Source: Candidatus Saccharimonadota bacterium
GTDB taxonomy: Bacteria; Patescibacteriota; Gracilibacteria; BD1-5; UBA2023
Direction of reading: 5' to 3'
NCBI GenBank assembly: GCA_046350815.1
Contig: JAXLZO010000001.1
Location: 510,001 to 542,000 of the forward strand
Length of the DNA: 32,000 nt
A program made the translations under genes and the position numbers. The notes below the pieces were generated by a model. That model searched no databases and was not told where the DNA came from. It worked only from the letters and a program-made list of their open reading frames with translations. Shown one piece after another: positions 29,370-32,000 of the stretch (within the stretch, counting starts at the first letter, position 1; the number at the start of each line of letters is the position of its first letter).

Positions 29370-30512
29370 TTACTGCTTCTTATGCATCCATTGATAGTAT
29401 TCGCCAATTCCATAGAGTGATCAGCAGATAACAAAGAGTGTATTTTTTGCTCAGAGAGCTTCTCTATGAATTGCTTCAGGATTGATAATGTTGACTCATC
29501 AGAATTGACTACTCAATAGTATTGGATCCATTGTGAGTTTGTGTTGCATTCCGAGAATTCGAAAATTTCATAGTGGAGCAAGTTGTGCAAACATTTCTTG
29601 TGGATCTTTACCGTCTTTGAGACTTACGACAAATTCAATATGATCAAATCGATCGCGAATTGATGCAATATATTTTGCAAGCACAGTTATACCATCGAGA
29701 TTATGAGCTCCATCGACGAGTATATTTTGGGCTATCCACTCACAACGTCCTCGATGGGTGACGTGAAGAAGTCATTTTTTGATATTTTCAGCTTCAATCT
29801 TCAGAAGAAGTCCTATTTGATAGGCAAGTTGAGCATTGGTAATTTGATGTGCACCCGCAAGATTTACCTGAACATCTCATTGATATGATCGAATAATCGG
29901 AGCATTAAGAATTTCGGCACGATTTTGGATAGAGTGAAAATCACAATCAGTCACGAGAGGTATTCATGACTTAATAATACCAGCCTTTTCTCCAGCAATT
30001 GCTTCGAGAGTATAACCAAGAAGATCCATATGATCCCAGCCAATGGAAGTAATACAGGTGATGGATGGATGAGTGAGGATATTTGTTGCATCGAGTCTCC
30101 CACCAAGCCCTACTTCAATTACGGCATATTCACACTTTGTATCACGAAAATAGAGAAATGCAGCAATGGTTTTTGCTTCAAAAAATGTTGTCTGTGGTTG
30201 ATATGCAAGGATTTGCTCAAAATACTCAGCAAGTTTTTCATGTGGAATATATCCTTCATTCGTTTCAATCGACTCTGTAATATCTACGAGATATGGAGAG
30301 GTGAAGACTCATACCTTGTATCCTGCTTCCTTAAGGATTGCAAAAGTCATCTGGCTCACTGATCATTTTCCATTTGTCCCGGCTATATGGATGGTTTTAT
30401 AGCTCTCTTGAGGATTTCAAAAATACTCTGCCAACTTACGAACACGATCGAGAGAATAATCGGTGGTGATTCTGGTATTTGATATAAGTTGTGAAATAAG
30501 ATCTTGTAGCAT
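29370..30512 (-). CDS. folC: folylpolyglutamate synthase / dihydrofolate synthase (Mur ligase family)
   Basis: Codon-walked from ATG 30510-30512 to TAA 29370-29372, with at least 12 TGA. Motifs: HIAGTNGK-G-SVS P-loop, VIEVGLGGRLDATN, ITSIGWDHMDLLG, AGEKAGIIK, LVDGAHN. Essentially invisible in the standard-code track. Confidence 0.88.
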
Positions 30513-30560
30513 TATTTATTTTTTGCAATGTAGTATAAATACATCACTCTATTTATCCAT

Positions 30561-30586
30561 AAAATCGCTCAAAATTGAGCGATTTT
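30561..30586 (-). terminator. hairpin between the 30609 gene and folC
   Basis: aaaatcgctc / aaaatt / gagcgatttt, a perfect 10-bp stem with A/T arms. Confidence 0.5.
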
Positions 30587-30608
30587 ATCATTGATATTAT
30601 AACGGGTA

Positions 30609-31979
30609 TTATGATATCTTTTCAGTAATGTCTTTTGCGAGTTGATTATATTGTCCAATAAAAAGCTTTTTTCGAATACTTAATTTTTCTCAAATTGAGA
30701 GTTTATATTCTCAACTAGCAGCTATATTTCTGATTGCAGAGATATATGTAATATACTCTCGTGCTTTGCCAGATATTTTTGGATTGATATTATTGAGCAT
30801 CTCCCATGGCTTGTTGTATTCTCCAAAATTGGAGATGAGGATAGACAATGACTCTTGCAGGAGATTCTGATTATGAGTTTCAAGAGCACTCTGTATGAGA
30901 GACTCAAAACACCAAAGAGGAGTTTGAGTTGGATATCGTTTCATACATTTTTGATACTCTTCGATCGATTTCGCAGCATCACCTAACTCTCGGTAGAGTT
31001 TACCGAGTAAAAGAGTCTCTTGAAAAGTTCCTGTTGGTTTTGCAAGGATCGCATCTCTATACGCTTGATTCTTTTCTTTTGACAAGCCAATTCCTTGATA
31101 TTGAGTATGTTCCAATATATTCTGCGACCAAAGTTCTATTTTAGCCATCTTTGCATTCTCATTGCCATAGTGCGCATGGTTATTAAGAATTGATTGCATG
31201 ATGCCGGATTCTGGAATGGTCGCTTCATAGTCATACGACCATTGTGAGTTATCAAGATAGCTAAATCATTGAAAATCAAGCTCCGTTTTATTAGTATCCG
31301 GATTGATTTTACGAGATGCAATAGGAATAAGCTCTTGGAGGTTAGTCGGATCTGCGAGATAATCCTTTCCGTCTATCTGGAGTGTGAGAGCAATATGTCC
31401 ATTTCATTGAGCATCAGTTTTATTCATTATAATGGTCGAGTGAGCTATATCGAGCTCTTCGAGGAATCCATGCATCAATGATACCTTTCCGACACACAGC
31501 ATTTGTTTTGTCTCCAGCATTTTTCCAGGATCTTGAGCTTCTTGAGTCATCACCCATGGATATTCGGTACGAATCGTCTTGAGTATCTGGCTTGCTGCCT
31601 GTAGCTGCAGTTGTCGCTTTTGTGATTCAGAGTTCATCTCACGAAGCTGTCGCTTGTATCCTGCAATATTGAGAAGTGAATAAAGCCTTGGAGTATCGAG
31701 AAATGATTGATAATTGGATGGTGAGAAAGAATCATTTGCACCATTTGCAATCACACTTGATGGATTGATTTTTTCGAGTTTAGCAATTCGCTCTCGATCT
31801 TTCGTGGTTAAAAGAGCGATATTTTGAGTTGTCTCTTGATTTCATTGTTCAAAGAGGGCAGTCTGAAGATGGAGGTCGACTTTTTCAGTAACGGTGTCAT
31901 CAAGCTTCGTAATAGCCTCTTGCGTTTTAATGGTTACTCCATTTTGTTCGATATGATAATATGCTACACGATTCTCCAT
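30609..31979 (-). CDS. hypothetical protein (456 aa) with possible transglutaminase-like Cys-His-Asp core
   Basis: ATG 31977-31979 preceded by aaggagg SD. Joins track ORFs 31404..31754 and 30711..31199 plus extensions through 5 TGA (codon-walked), TAA at 30609-30611. The segment MLCVGKVSLMHGFLEELDIAHSTII...GHIALTLQIDGKDYLADPTN resembles the C...H...D arrangement of transglutaminase-like peptidases. This is a weak assignment made by eye. Confidence 0.55.
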
Positions 31980-32000
31980 GACTTCCTCCTTTTTGATAAG

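Noticed and set aside
28910-29431. 173-aa plus-strand ORF (and 28812..29048 on the minus strand).
   Set aside because: It is antisense or off-frame to the thioredoxin-fold/Cys-rich gene and the folC 3' end. Its Ser/Pro/Cys-rich composition mirrors the Gly/Cys codons of the real frame.

Overview
AT-rich, gene-dense bacterial chromosome window that only reads correctly under genetic code 25 (UGA = Gly), as used by Gracilibacteria/Absconditabacteria-type CPR lineages. In the supplied standard-code ORF track, most housekeeping genes are split by TGA: xthA, pyrB, murC, hisS, proS, tyrS, folC, htpX. Each becomes one continuous frame when TGA is read through, and the TGAs fall on invariant Gly positions. 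Examples are GDxxxxGP of the metallophosphatase, GKGS of FolC, DPACGTxGF of HsdM, KGSH of HicA and GMKxG of FKBP.

I re-derived about 30 CDS on that basis. Other features are a five-tRNA operon with genomically encoded CCA (Gly-UCC, Ile-GAU, Pro-UGG, Glu-UUC, Phe-GAA), many intrinsic terminators and several repeat systems.

Most notable content:
1. A Type I R-M locus right after the tRNA operon, with a separate HsdR and HsdM and HsdS fused into one 821-aa ORF.
2. Two ~790-aa surface proteins with BspA-type leucine-rich repeats in inverted orientation about 4.5 kb apart. They share a C-terminal module and identical DNA segments. One has a signal anchor plus Ig-like repeats; the other has a type IV pilin-like N-terminus.
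3. A HicA toxin plus RHH-protein module with palindromic operators and spacer repeats.
4. An unclassified GC-rich multi-hairpin element that may be a structured RNA.
5. A small cluster of orphan single-gene transcription units.
6. A CxxC-less thioredoxin-fold protein with a Cys/His-rich tail upstream of htpX.

No CRISPR array, rRNA, transposase or integrase was seen. All calls come from manual translation and motif recognition only; no database search was run.
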